Origin: an uncultured Bacteroidales bacterium
Lineage (GTDB): Bacteria; Bacteroidota; Bacteroidia; Bacteroidales; JAFGXI01
Length of the DNA: 64,000 bases
Assembly (NCBI GenBank): GCA_947311115.1
Contig: CAMZKE010000045.1
Location: 1,425-65,424 of the forward strand
Reading direction: 5' to 3'
The notes below the pieces were generated by a model. It worked only from the letters and a program-made list of their open reading frames with translations, had not been told where the DNA came from and did no database searches. Made by a program: the position numbers and the translations under genes. Numbering within the stretch: position 1 is the first letter of the stretch; each line of letters begins with the position of its first letter. This document shows positions 25,420 through 36,190 of this stretch, one piece after another.

Positions 25420-26109
25420 TTACGCAAAAAGCATTAAAAAAATTGGAATTATCGCGAAACCTCCACCTACTGCAAAAGCAAATAAATAACCTACTACAGT
25501 CCATCGTTTTCTCCATTTGTCATTACTCATTCCAATAGTTTGGAAAGCCGACCAGAAACCGTGAGTTAAGTGAAATCCTAATGCAATTGCACCAAGCATA
25601 TAAACAATAGAGTACACAACACCTAAACTAGCATCAGTAAACAAACCTGCTACTAAGGCGTAAGCATTTTCCATCATTTCACCATCAACATTAACTTCAT
25701 TTAATAAAGGAGAACCTGTAACTTTAATTTTCCAAAAGAAATTAAAGATATGTAATACAAGAAATGCTAAAATCATGCTTCCTAAAATATACATATTTTT
25801 TGAAGCCCAAGAACTTTGGTGAGAATTTACAGTCTTATTGTAACTCTCCGAACCTCTTGCTTTTTGGTTTTGAAGTGTTAGTATTGAAGCATAAATAATA
25901 TGCACAATAAAACCCAAAGCCAAAAGCGGTTGCATAACTTGAATTATAGGATTAGTTCCCATAAAATGTGATACGATATTAAACGCATCAGGACCTAACA
26001 GTAACGCCAAGTTTGCTGTTAAGTGCACTAACAAGAACATAACAAGGAATAAGCCTGTTATACTCATGAAAAACTTCTTTCCAATTGAAGAAGACACAAA
26101 TCCACTCAT
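25420..26109 (-). CDS. sdhC: succinate dehydrogenase/fumarate reductase cytochrome b subunit (Bacteroidota type)
   Basis: 229-aa polytopic membrane protein with conserved His residues; first gene of the sdhCAB cluster. Confidence 0.8.
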   Translation of the reverse strand: MSGFVSSSIGKKFFMSITGLFLVMFLLVHLTANLALLLGPDAFNIVSHFMGTNPIIQVMQPLLALGFIVHIIYASILTLQNQKARGSESYNKTVNSHQSSWASKNMYILGSMILAFLVLHIFNFFWKIKVTGSPLLNEVNVDGEMMENAYALVAGLFTDASLGVVYSIVYMLGAIALGFHLTHGFWSAFQTIGMSNDKWRKRWTVVGYLFAFAVGGGFAIIPIFLMLFA

Positions 26110-26540
26110 AATCTATATAGTTTAAAATTAATTTATAATTCGTATCTACAAATGTATATTTTACAATACTTTTATTTAATGTTTGAAAACATAAATTGAA
26201 TAATTTAGACAACATCTAAATAAAGATGTAATAGTATTTTATTAATTATCAGCAAATAATAACATTGCGTTAACCTACGTTATTTATACGTTTTTCTTTT
26301 TCTGAGATGAGGCGACGAACCATGCCGCTGTATATGAATACTGCAAATGGTTTGCAACGAAGTATAAGGAAAAGAAAAATGCAAAATGTATTACCCCAAC
26401 TTGGTGATTTACATTTTTAGATTTATTGGCTAGCTATTAATGGTTTATATAGCGTATTTTGGTGTTAATTTGGTATAACAGCTCTATTGTTAATTTCTAT
26501 GAATAATTTGGGTTAGAGTACATAGAGGTATTATAATAAA

Positions 26541-26579
26541 AAATCCCAAGTAAAACATTAACTTGGGATTTTTATTTTT
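26541..26579. terminator. bidirectional rho-independent terminator downstream of acnB
   Basis: 11-bp stem AAATCCCAAGT / ACTTGGGATTT, flanked by an A-run and a T-run. Confidence 0.7.
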
Positions 26580-26591
26580 GTAAAATGCTTA

Positions 26592-29144
26592 TTAGATATC
26601 TCTTCTTTTATAAAGAGCTTCACCTGTTTCTTCGTCAAACTGAAGGTATTTGTATATATCATCTTGATTACCATCAATATTTTTATTGTAATACTCAAAA
26701 TACTCTTCCGGTGTAGGTAATTTGCTTGTTAAAGCAACTACGGCTCCAAGTTCAGCAGAACCTAAAAATACTTGAGCTTCGTTACCCATACGGTTGTCGA
26801 AGTTACGTGTCGATGTTGAGAATACATAATCGCCATCGGCTACACGTAGTTGGTTACCCATACAAAGTGAACAGCCCGGTACTTCAATTCTTGCACCAAT
26901 CTGATTAAATACAGAGAATAAACCTTCTTCTTTAAGCTTTGCTTGGTCCATACGTGTAGGAGGGGCGATAAATGTACGAGTCTCTTTATTTACACCGTGG
27001 CCTTCCCAAATTTTACCTGCCGCACGGAAATGACCAATATTAGTCATACAAGAGCCTAAGAATACATCAGATATTTTTGTTCCTGCAACTTCTGATAGCA
27101 CTTTAACATCGTCAGGGTCGTTAGGACAACAAAGAATAGGTTCTTTAATATCTGCTAAATCAATCTCAATAATTTGTGCGTATTCTGCGTTTTCATCGCG
27201 TTCCATCAATTTAGGGTTTTTCAACCATTCTTTAACTGCATCTATACGTTTTTGAATAGTTGGTGCGTGTTTGTATCCATCTTCAATCATTTTTTCCATC
27301 ATAGCGATGTTAGATTTTAGATATTTTACAACCGACTCTTCTGATAATTTAATGGTAGCGGCGGCTGCCGAACGTTCTGCAGCAGCGTCGGTAAGTTCGA
27401 AAGCTTGTTCAACGGTAATATCAGGTAAACCTTCCATTTCAAGAATACGACCGTTAAATACATTAATTTTATTCTTCTTAGGAACAGTCATTAAACCTTC
27501 TTTAATAGCTTGTAAAGGAATTGAATTTACAACATCACGTAAGGTTATACCTTTGTTTAGTTTTCCTTTAAATTTAACCAATACCGATTCTGGCATATCT
27601 AAAGGCATAAATCCTAAAGCTCCGGCAAAAGCAACTAAACCTGAACCCGCAGGAAATGAAATTCCAAGAGGGAAACGAGTGTGTGAATCGCCACCTGTTC
27701 CAACTGTATCTGGCACTAATAAACGGTTTAACCATGTATGAATAACTCCGTCGCCCGGATTTAAAGCAACACCTTCTCTATCTGAAATAAATTTAGGTAA
27801 ATAACGGTGCATTTTTACATCAGTTGGTTTAGGGTAAGCTGCTGTATGACAGAATGATTGCATAAACATTGGTGATTGAAATTTTAAACAAGCTAACTCT
27901 GTTAACTCATCTGCTGTCATAGGACCGGTTGTGTCTTGAGAACCAACTGTTGTCATAAATGGCTCAACTGCTTGACCAGGTAGAACTCCTTTTTCGCCAA
28001 TAGCTTTACCTACCATTTTTTGAGCTAATGTATATCCTTGTCCTTCTTTGTGTTTAGGTTGTTCAACTACAGCAAATACATCAATATCACCCATATTTAA
28101 AGCTTTACGGGCTTTCATTGTAAGGGCTTTACCAATAATTAAGTTCATTCGCCCACCTGCTTGATATTCATCAGCAATTGTTGATGGTTTTAACTCAAAA
28201 GTAGAGATAACTTCTCCGTTTTGGTTAGTAATCTTACCTTCTTTAGTGTTTATTGTGATAATATCTCCTGAGTTCATTTTTGTAACATCACAAATAATAG
28301 GCATTCCTCCTGAATCTTCAACGGTATTGAAGAAAATAGGAGCAATAACACCACCAAGAATAAACCCTTCTCTACGTTTATTAGGTACAGCAGGAATATC
28401 TTCACCAATATGCCATAATACAGAGTTTGTAGCCGATTTTCTTGAAGAACCTGTACCAACAACATCGCCAACAAAAGCTACTTTATTTCCTTCTGCTCTC
28501 CATTTTGCAATAGTTGCATTTCCTTCAGGGAACAAAGTTTTTCCCATAGCTAAAGCGTGTAAAGGAATATCAGGACGAGTAGAAGCGTCAGAAGCAGGCG
28601 AGAAATCATCAGTATTAATTTCTCCGTCAACTTTGTAAACTTTTACAGTTTCTGCTTCAGGTAAAGGCTTGCGAGTAGTAAACCACTCTGCATTTGCCCA
28701 AGAAGTTAGAACTTGCATAGCAAATTCGTTAGATTTGCTCATTTCAGCAATAGTATCGAACGAATCGTAAACTAAAGTTATGTTTTTTAGAGCTTCTACA
28801 GCAAACTGAGCTATTTCATTATCTTTTAATGCGTCAATAAGTGGGCTTACATTGTAACCTCCAATCATAGTTCCTAAAATACGAACTGCATTTTCTTTAT
28901 TTATTAATGGAGATGTTTTATTTCCTTTAAGAATATCATTTAAAAAATCTGCTTTTACTTCTGCTGCAGGGTCAACTCCCGGTGCAATTCTTTCTGTAAA
29001 TAAATTTAAAAGAAATTCTTCTTTTCCGGCAGGAGGATTTTGTAATAACTCGCAAAGTTCTGTGGTTTGATTGGCATCTAATGGTAAAGCAGGAATTCCT
29101 TTTTCTGCTCTATATGCCTCGTGTTTTAGATAATTTTCAATCAT
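26592..29144 (-). CDS. acnB: bifunctional aconitate hydratase 2/2-methylisocitrate dehydratase
   Basis: 850 aa. N-terminus YLKHEAYRAEKGIPALPLDANQTTELCELLQNPPAGKEEFLLNLFTERIAPGVD closely parallels E. coli AcnB as I remember it. Confidence 0.9.
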   Translation of the reverse strand: MIENYLKHEAYRAEKGIPALPLDANQTTELCELLQNPPAGKEEFLLNLFTERIAPGVDPAAEVKADFLNDILKGNKTSPLINKENAVRILGTMIGGYNVSPLIDALKDNEIAQFAVEALKNITLVYDSFDTIAEMSKSNEFAMQVLTSWANAEWFTTRKPLPEAETVKVYKVDGEINTDDFSPASDASTRPDIPLHALAMGKTLFPEGNATIAKWRAEGNKVAFVGDVVGTGSSRKSATNSVLWHIGEDIPAVPNKRREGFILGGVIAPIFFNTVEDSGGMPIICDVTKMNSGDIITINTKEGKITNQNGEVISTFELKPSTIADEYQAGGRMNLIIGKALTMKARKALNMGDIDVFAVVEQPKHKEGQGYTLAQKMVGKAIGEKGVLPGQAVEPFMTTVGSQDTTGPMTADELTELACLKFQSPMFMQSFCHTAAYPKPTDVKMHRYLPKFISDREGVALNPGDGVIHTWLNRLLVPDTVGTGGDSHTRFPLGISFPAGSGLVAFAGALGFMPLDMPESVLVKFKGKLNKGITLRDVVNSIPLQAIKEGLMTVPKKNKINVFNGRILEMEGLPDITVEQAFELTDAAAERSAAAATIKLSEESVVKYLKSNIAMMEKMIEDGYKHAPTIQKRIDAVKEWLKNPKLMERDENAEYAQIIEIDLADIKEPILCCPNDPDDVKVLSEVAGTKISDVFLGSCMTNIGHFRAAGKIWEGHGVNKETRTFIAPPTRMDQAKLKEEGLFSVFNQIGARIEVPGCSLCMGNQLRVADGDYVFSTSTRNFDNRMGNEAQVFLGSAELGAVVALTSKLPTPEEYFEYYNKNIDGNQDDIYKYLQFDEETGEALYKRRDI

Positions 29145-29249
29145 ATTTAGATATTTATATTATGTAATATTTTGAAGAAAAACAAAAGTATTAAAAATAA
29201 AGCAAATATTTTATGTTTTATAGCTATTCTAATTCATAAAAAAGCAAAA

Positions 29250-29277
29250 AAAAAGCTAACCATTGGTTAGCTTTTTT
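29250..29277 (-). terminator. terminator downstream of the beta-barrel gene
   Basis: AAGCTAACC A TTGGTTAGCTT hairpin, flanked by A and T runs. Confidence 0.6.
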
Positions 29278-29293
29278 TTATTTTTATTTTTTT

Positions 29294-30157
29294 TTAGAAA
29301 TAAAAATTAAGATTTAATGCTGCAGAAACTTGAGTATCAAAACCAAAATGAGATTCTTTACCTGTTATTATATTTCCAATAACAGAAGCTGTACCTGTAT
29401 TTGGCATTTCTTCTTGCTCTATTAAACCTTCGCCCTGAGAAGCAAAAAATACACCATAAGCAACTTCTCCTGAAACAGAAAATTTAGGAGCAAAGAAATA
29501 TTCTACACCAACAAATCCTTGAAGGTTAAAACCAAATTGAGGAGCTTGTTTATTAGATACGTATCTTTTAGTAACTTGTCCTACATTTCCTGTAGTCCAG
29601 TCTGTTGAAGTTGGAGCTATATTGTTTCCATCCATAACATTACCATATTTGTATGTTTCTTTGTTTGTATTCATGCCAAAAAGAAATTGACCTCCATAAA
29701 TACCCTGTAGTCTTCCTTTTCCTCTACGTTTTTCAATACCAACGCCTAAAGTAATGTTCATTTTATTTACCGAACGAATATCTTCAACAGTCATTGTGTC
29801 TGTTGACACATAAGAGTCGTCTTTTACATAGTTGTGAAATTTATCGTGAGTATAACCGATTCTAAAAATTCCACGATATGCTGTATTTGCATCAATCATT
29901 TTTTTACCTGTAATTGAAAATGGGTGTGCCGCAGTAAAACCAAAAGCAGGAGCTGTATTAGCAGCATTACCATTAAACATATTACCAAAATATGTAAAAA
30001 ATGGACTTGCATCAACACTTATTGAATAATCACCAGCTTCAGGTAAAATTGGAATTCCTCGTTTTGAAACGAAATCAGAAGAAGCCGTTTCGTCTTGTGC
30101 AAACATTGTTAAAGCAGCAAATACTGCAAGTACTGTCAATGTAAATTGTTTTTTCAT
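29294..30157 (-). CDS. outer-membrane beta-barrel protein
   Basis: Signal peptide MKKQFTLTVLAVFAALTMFAQ, alternating beta pattern, C-terminal ...LNLNFYF. Confidence 0.65.
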   Translation of the reverse strand: MKKQFTLTVLAVFAALTMFAQDETASSDFVSKRGIPILPEAGDYSISVDASPFFTYFGNMFNGNAANTAPAFGFTAAHPFSITGKKMIDANTAYRGIFRIGYTHDKFHNYVKDDSYVSTDTMTVEDIRSVNKMNITLGVGIEKRRGKGRLQGIYGGQFLFGMNTNKETYKYGNVMDGNNIAPTSTDWTTGNVGQVTKRYVSNKQAPQFGFNLQGFVGVEYFFAPKFSVSGEVAYGVFFASQGEGLIEQEEMPNTGTASVIGNIITGKESHFGFDTQVSAALNLNFYF

Positions 30158-30320
30158 ACTATATTATTTATAAGTTTAAGTAACAAATGTAAGTAAGAAT
30201 TATTAAAATATGAATTATTTAGTAAGATAATGTTTAAACTATTTTTATTTTTTAATATTCATCCTAATGGAAATGTTATTCTTTTGCTGTGTATGTTATT
30301 GGTGTGTAGGTTGTTGTGTT

Positions 30321-32426
30321 TTAACTAATGCTTTCCCATTTAAAATGTTGTTTTTCGTTATTGGTTAAATTCTTTTTTAATATTTGATTATATGATTCGT
30401 CAAGATTAGGGTCTTTGTCAAGAATTTTAATGGCTATTTGTCTAACAAATTCTAATATTTGCCCATCTTTTGCAAGGTTTGCAATATTTAATTCAATTGG
30501 CATACCACTTTGTTGAGTTCCATCTATAGAGCCAGGACCTCTTAGTTTTAAATCAACCTCCGAAATTTCAAAGCCATCGGAGCTGCGAACCATTGTCTCA
30601 ATACGCTTTTTCCCATCGTTTGTTAGTTTGTTTCCCGTCATTAGAATACAGTACGACTGTTCTGCACCTCGTCCAACTCGCCCTCGTAGTTGGTGTAATT
30701 GAGATAGTCCGAAACGCTCGGCACTTTCAATAATCATAACGCTTGCATTTGGCACGTTTACACCAACTTCAATAACCGTAGTAGCTACCATTATTTTTGT
30801 AATTCCTTTTACAAAAAAATTCATAGCTTTTTCTTTTTCGGCGGGTTTCATTTTGCCGTGAACTACACTTATCCCATATTTTTCTTGCGGAAATGCACGA
30901 GTTATACTTTCAAGCCCATCTTCAAGGTCTTTAAAATCCATTTTTTCACTTTCTTGAATTAATGGATAAACAATATATACCTGCCTTCCTTTATCAAGTT
31001 CATCTTTAATGAATTTAAAAACACGAAGTCTTTGCGAATCAAAACGATGTACGGTTTTTATTTCTTTTCTTCCTGGAGGTAACTCGTCAATAATTGATAC
31101 GTCTAAATCGCCATAAAGAGTCATTGCTAAAGTACGAGGTATTGGGGTAGCTGTCATTACTAAAATATGTGGGGGTTTTATGTTCTTTTTCCACATTTTT
31201 GCACGTTGTGCTACGCCAAAACGGTGCTGCTCATCAATAACTACATAACCAAGGTTATTAAATTTTACTTTGTCTTCAATAAGTGCATGAGTACCTATTA
31301 ATATATTAATTTCGCCTTCTTCTAATTGTTTGTGCAAAATTCTACGTTCTTTTGCTTTGGTTGAGCCTGTTAAAAGTGATATGTTTAATCCAAGTCCGAT
31401 TAATAATTCTTTTATTGATTCAAAATGCTGAATTGCAAGAATTTCAGTAGGAGCCATTATTGCTGTTTGGTAATTGTTGTCTATAGCAATTAAAGCGGTC
31501 ATAAGAGCTACAAGAGTTTTTCCGCTTCCTACATCGCCTTGCAAAAGACGGTTCATTTGTTTGCCTGAGCCAAAATCTATACGAATTTCTTTGATTACTC
31601 GCTTTTGTGCATTTGTTAGCTCAAACGGTAGGTTGTTTTTGTAAAATTTATTAAAAAAATCGCCTACAACACTAAACTGATATCCGTGAGATTTCTCAAT
31701 TCTAACTTTTTTAAGCCGTAAAAGTTTTAGTTGAATATAAAAAAGTTCTTCAAATTTTAAGCGATATTCCGCCATTTTTAGAGTTTCTAAATCAGACGGA
31801 AAATGTATATTTTTTAAAGCATCTTTTAATGGTAAAAGTTTATATTTATCGGTAATATATGCAGGTAATGTTTCCCATATACTACTGTAAACTTGCTGCA
31901 TTAATGTTTGTTGAATTTTAAGAATAGCTTTTGATGTTAAAAACATATTCTTCATTTTTTCACTTGTGTGATATGCAGGTTCTAATGCTGAGTTTATTTT
32001 GTTATCGTATTTTGAAAGTTCTTCAATTTCGGGATGTACAATATTAAATTTATTATTGAAAATTGTTGGTTTCCCAAATATAATATATTCTATATCAGGC
32101 TTTATACTGTCTTTTATCCATTTAACACCTTTAAACCAAACAAGTTCTATTGTACCTGTTTCGTCGGTAAAATTTGCAGATAGTCGCTTTTTAAATTTTG
32201 TGCCGGTTTCCGAAAGACTTGTAAATTTACCTCGTATTTGAATGTATGCAAGGTTTTGGCTTATTTCATTAATTTTATAAAATTTACTTTTGTCGATGTA
32301 TTTGTATGGATAATAACGAATTAAATCGGCATAAGTAAATAATCCAAGCTCCGATGCTAATAGCTCGGCTTTTTTAGGACCAACTCCTTTTAAAAATTTA
32401 AGTTCGGTATTTAACTTGTCGTTCAA
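30321..32426 (-). CDS. recG: ATP-dependent DNA helicase RecG
   Basis: 701 aa. LQGDVGSGKT Walker A, VIDEQHRFG, QLHQLRGRVGRG. Confidence 0.9.
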   Translation of the reverse strand: MNDKLNTELKFLKGVGPKKAELLASELGLFTYADLIRYYPYKYIDKSKFYKINEISQNLAYIQIRGKFTSLSETGTKFKKRLSANFTDETGTIELVWFKGVKWIKDSIKPDIEYIIFGKPTIFNNKFNIVHPEIEELSKYDNKINSALEPAYHTSEKMKNMFLTSKAILKIQQTLMQQVYSSIWETLPAYITDKYKLLPLKDALKNIHFPSDLETLKMAEYRLKFEELFYIQLKLLRLKKVRIEKSHGYQFSVVGDFFNKFYKNNLPFELTNAQKRVIKEIRIDFGSGKQMNRLLQGDVGSGKTLVALMTALIAIDNNYQTAIMAPTEILAIQHFESIKELLIGLGLNISLLTGSTKAKERRILHKQLEEGEINILIGTHALIEDKVKFNNLGYVVIDEQHRFGVAQRAKMWKKNIKPPHILVMTATPIPRTLAMTLYGDLDVSIIDELPPGRKEIKTVHRFDSQRLRVFKFIKDELDKGRQVYIVYPLIQESEKMDFKDLEDGLESITRAFPQEKYGISVVHGKMKPAEKEKAMNFFVKGITKIMVATTVIEVGVNVPNASVMIIESAERFGLSQLHQLRGRVGRGAEQSYCILMTGNKLTNDGKKRIETMVRSSDGFEISEVDLKLRGPGSIDGTQQSGMPIELNIANLAKDGQILEFVRQIAIKILDKDPNLDESYNQILKKNLTNNEKQHFKWESIS

Positions 32427-32432
32427 GAGTTA

Positions 32433-32729
32433 TTACTTCTTTTTTATTTGGGTTAATCTTTCGTAGCGTTTATTACCTCTATTCCACGAGCTAAACGCTA
32501 CAAAAATACCAGCAATAGTAAATACAACAATTTTTGATACTATATACCCTAATGTAAGAGTTTCTTTAATTGCGTTTAGTGAAAAATCCCATTTAAATAC
32601 TAAATCTATAAAAAATGCAACAATTGGTGAAATAATAATAAAAATTATAGCTATTTTAAATATGTAAGTAGTTTTTCCATTTTCATTAATACGCTCCCAT
32701 TTTTTTATAAATTTTTCATCTTTGGTCAT
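32433..32729 (-). CDS. small two-TM membrane protein (paralog of the next gene)
   Basis: Shares the pattern F I . . W E R . . . . G . T . . I ... W N . G . K R Y with 32742..33056. Confidence 0.5.
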   Translation of the reverse strand: MTKDEKFIKKWERINENGKTTYIFKIAIIFIIISPIVAFFIDLVFKWDFSLNAIKETLTLGYIVSKIVVFTIAGIFVAFSSWNRGNKRYERLTQIKKK

Positions 32730-32741
32730 AGCTGTGCTAAT

Positions 32742-33056
32742 TTAATTGTTATTTTCTACTTCGTCTCTTTTTTCAATTACTTGATTATATCGTTTAATTC
32801 CACTATTCCAATTAACATAGCCTAATATTGCACCAGCAAGAGGGAAAATAATTATTTTTAAGTAAAAGTCGTTAGTTTTAAACTCGTTTATAAATGCTTC
32901 TAAGGTGAAATTACCATCAAAAATAATATTAAATAAAGGTATAAAAACAATCATTGCTCCACCCCATAACAATGCAAAACGAATAATAAAATATGTTCTG
33001 CCTTTAGCTATTCTTCTTTCCCAAGTAGCAATAAATTTTTCCGGTGATAATGCCAT
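32742..33056 (-). CDS. small two-TM membrane protein (paralog)
   Basis: See the previous feature. Confidence 0.5.
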   Translation of the reverse strand: MALSPEKFIATWERRIAKGRTYFIIRFALLWGGAMIVFIPLFNIIFDGNFTLEAFINEFKTNDFYLKIIIFPLAGAILGYVNWNSGIKRYNQVIEKRDEVENNN

Positions 33057-33057
33057 T

Positions 33058-34578
33058 TTAATTTTTTATTAATTTCCTTGCAATATAACTATTTTCTGAG
33101 AAAATTTTAATAAAATATATTCCAACTTTTTGTTTTTGTAAATTTATATTTGTTTGATGTTTGTTAATTTGTTCTTTTGAAAAAATTAGATTTCCTGTTG
33201 AATTATAAATTTCTATTTTATTTATATTTGAATTGTTTGATATTGTAAATGTTCCTTTTGTTGGGTTCGGGAATATATTAGTTGTTTTTTTCTGATTATA
33301 ATTTTTTTTGTCTTCAAGAATTGTTATTGGTGAGCCCCATTCTTCAATTCCTTTTTTAAAGTATATTAATCTTTCTGTCGGATATGCGTAAAGTGAAGGG
33401 TGGAAACATGCAAAATAATGATTTATTAGAACTCCACAACCCTCAATGTATGTGTTTTCTATATTTGGGGTAAAGTTATTTGTATTTGATATGTTTTTTG
33501 TAGCTATCGATAATATTAGTATTGAATCGTTATATTCTTGATAATAAAACGTTGATTCAACTCCATATAGAATAGGTTTTGGATTAGGGCTAATAACATA
33601 ACGATTATTATAACTACGACATGCAGTATTAGGTAATAACACATCATCATATCTAAAATATGGTTTACATATTATTGTGTCGCTTAAATTATTTATAGTT
33701 AATGTTGTTGTGTCATTAAAAAATACCTCAGGTGTTTGACACCAAGTACTCGCTCTTTTTCTTGAAATTGTATATTTAACAGTTTCGTAATTGTTAGAAA
33801 ATTCCTTATTTAATACAATACGTTTCTCATTGTAATAACGGAGTTCCCCAGAGGAACAAGGAGTTCCTACAAAATTTTTAATAAAATACTGGAATTCATC
33901 TCCTATTTCAAAATTGTAAACTTCTCTTAAGGTTAAAACGCTATAACCTATTCCTTCCAATGAATGTTGAACAATTGAGTTGTTTATCTTTCTTAAATCA
34001 GGAATGCTAATTATACCATTATTTTTAGAAATAATAATATTTATACTGTTTATATCGCTATTATTAACTATATTATTTGCACTATCTTTTAGGTTTAGTT
34101 CAATATATTTTACACTATCTGTTCCGTTATAAATATTTAATGTGTCTATGTTAACAATAGTGGCTTCAATATAATTTCCATTATTATAGTTTTTGAACAC
34201 CCATGATTCATTAATATTAGCAAGTACGTCTATATAAAATGTGTCTGTTCTGTAAATAAGTTTTGTTGTTTGGTTAAATATTTCAATGGATTTACTGCCT
34301 ATAATGCTACCTGAATATTTATTAAAACAATTAGCTGTAAAATAGCAAGTATCTTTTATCAAATCATTTGAGTAGTAATATATTGTAGTGTCATTATTTG
34401 ATATGCTACTGTCTATTTTCACCCTTGAATAATAATGTTGAGCAGGTTCATCATTAAAACTATATGCGTCTTGCGCTAAGTATCTTAATGAATTAGTTGT
34501 GTAGTTTATAGCCCAATTCTGTGAATATAATAAGTTTAAATTAAATATTAAAATTAATAATGTAATTGTTGTTTTCAT
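33058..34578 (-). CDS. secreted protein with T9SS C-terminal sorting domain
   Basis: Signal peptide. C-terminal NIFPNPTKGTFTISNN...IEIYNSTGNLIF...GIYFIKI is the Por/T9SS tail pattern. Confidence 0.75.
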   Translation of the reverse strand: MKTTITLLILIFNLNLLYSQNWAINYTTNSLRYLAQDAYSFNDEPAQHYYSRVKIDSSISNNDTTIYYYSNDLIKDTCYFTANCFNKYSGSIIGSKSIEIFNQTTKLIYRTDTFYIDVLANINESWVFKNYNNGNYIEATIVNIDTLNIYNGTDSVKYIELNLKDSANNIVNNSDINSINIIISKNNGIISIPDLRKINNSIVQHSLEGIGYSVLTLREVYNFEIGDEFQYFIKNFVGTPCSSGELRYYNEKRIVLNKEFSNNYETVKYTISRKRASTWCQTPEVFFNDTTTLTINNLSDTIICKPYFRYDDVLLPNTACRSYNNRYVISPNPKPILYGVESTFYYQEYNDSILILSIATKNISNTNNFTPNIENTYIEGCGVLINHYFACFHPSLYAYPTERLIYFKKGIEEWGSPITILEDKKNYNQKKTTNIFPNPTKGTFTISNNSNINKIEIYNSTGNLIFSKEQINKHQTNINLQKQKVGIYFIKIFSENSYIARKLIKN

Positions 34579-34799
34579 ATTTTTTAACTATGATTTGCTC
34601 AAATATACAAAATAATTTATTATTTTTGTAACAATAGAAGTAAAATAACTATGATAATTTATTCACAAAATAAATATTTGAATATTAAGCGTAGAGATAA
34701 TTTTGCTTATTCTTTTAATGCAAAATAATTGCATTCCTTTTTAATTATCGCATTAAGCGATATTTCATTTTTTAATAATCATATAAAATATAATGTCTT

Positions 34800-36176
34800 A
34801 TGGAATTACCATTCGCAGAATCGTATAGAATAAAAATGGTTGCTCCCATTAAAAAGAGCACAAGAGAACAACGTGAACAATGGCTTAAAGAAGCTAAAAA
34901 TAATTTATTTAATTTAAAATCAGACCAAGTATTTATTGATTTGTTAACCGACTCTGGTACAGGAGCAATGAGTGAACAACAGTGGGCTGCAATGATGTTA
35001 GGTGATGAGTCTTATGCAGGAGCATCATCGTATTATAATCTTAAAAATGCAATTAAAAATATCTTGGGGTTTGAACATTTTATTCCAACACACCAAGGTA
35101 GAGCAGCCGAAAATGTGCTTTTTTCTGTTTTAGTTGAAGAGGGCGATGTTGTACCCGGAAACTCACATTTTGATACTACAAAAGGGCATATTGAGTTTCG
35201 TAAAGCAACGGCAGTTGATTGTACTATTGATGAGGCATTTCATACAGAGTTAGAGTATCCTTTTAAAGGGAATGTAGATTTAAATAAATTAGAAAAGGTA
35301 TTTGCTGAAAACGATGCGAGTAAAATTAAATTTATTATTGTAACTATTACGAATAATACATCAGGAGGGCAGCCTGTTTCAATGCAAAATATTAAAGAAG
35401 TAAGTGCGTTTGCAAAGAAAAAAGGAGTTATGCTGGTTATGGATTCGGCTCGTTTTGCAGAAAATGCATATTTTATAAAAACACGTGAAAAAGGCTACGA
35501 AAATAAAACAATAAAAGAAATAGTTGCTGAAATGTACACATATGCTGATGCAATGACAATGAGTAGTAAGAAAGATGCTATTGTTAATATGGGTGGCTTT
35601 ATAGCAATGCGTAGCAAAGATTTATTTGATAAAGCTGCTGTTTTTAATATTATGTTCGAAGGTTTTTTAACTTATGGAGGAATGAGTGGTAGAGATATGA
35701 ATGCTCTTGCTCAAGGTCTTGATGAAGGTACTGAGTTTGAAACTCTTGAAAGTAGAATTAAACAAGTTGAATATCTTGGCAATAAATTAATAGAATGGAG
35801 TATTCCTGTACAACGACCAATTGGTGGACATGCCGTGTTTATTGATGCTGATAAAGTATTTCCAAATATTCCTAAAACAGAATTTAGAGCCCAAACTTTG
35901 GCTTTAGAGTTATATTTAGAAGCAGGTATTAGAGGGGTAGAGATTGGTGCAATTTTAGCAGATAGAGACCCTGTTACTCGTGAAAATAGATTTGGCGGTT
36001 TAGAGTTTGTTCGTTTGGCAATTCCTCGTCGTACATACACAAATAATCATATGGATGTTATTGCGGCTGCAATTAAAAATGTTTTTGACCGTAGAAATGA
36101 AATAACAAAGGGTGTTAAAATTGTAAAAGAAGCTCCAATTATGAGGCATTTTACTGTTGAACTTGAACGTTTATAG
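34800..36176 (+). CDS. tnaA: tryptophanase/tyrosine phenol-lyase family beta-eliminating lyase
   Basis: VFIDLLTDSGTGAMS, IPTHQGRAAE, VMDSARFAENAYFIK and MSSKKDAIVNMGG (PLP lysine) closely parallel E. coli TnaA. Confidence 0.85.
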   Translation: MELPFAESYRIKMVAPIKKSTREQREQWLKEAKNNLFNLKSDQVFIDLLTDSGTGAMSEQQWAAMMLGDESYAGASSYYNLKNAIKNILGFEHFIPTHQGRAAENVLFSVLVEEGDVVPGNSHFDTTKGHIEFRKATAVDCTIDEAFHTELEYPFKGNVDLNKLEKVFAENDASKIKFIIVTITNNTSGGQPVSMQNIKEVSAFAKKKGVMLVMDSARFAENAYFIKTREKGYENKTIKEIVAEMYTYADAMTMSSKKDAIVNMGGFIAMRSKDLFDKAAVFNIMFEGFLTYGGMSGRDMNALAQGLDEGTEFETLESRIKQVEYLGNKLIEWSIPVQRPIGGHAVFIDADKVFPNIPKTEFRAQTLALELYLEAGIRGVEIGAILADRDPVTRENRFGGLEFVRLAIPRRTYTNNHMDVIAAAIKNVFDRRNEITKGVKIVKEAPIMRHFTVELERL

Positions 36177-36190
36177 TTTTTTGTAAGGGA

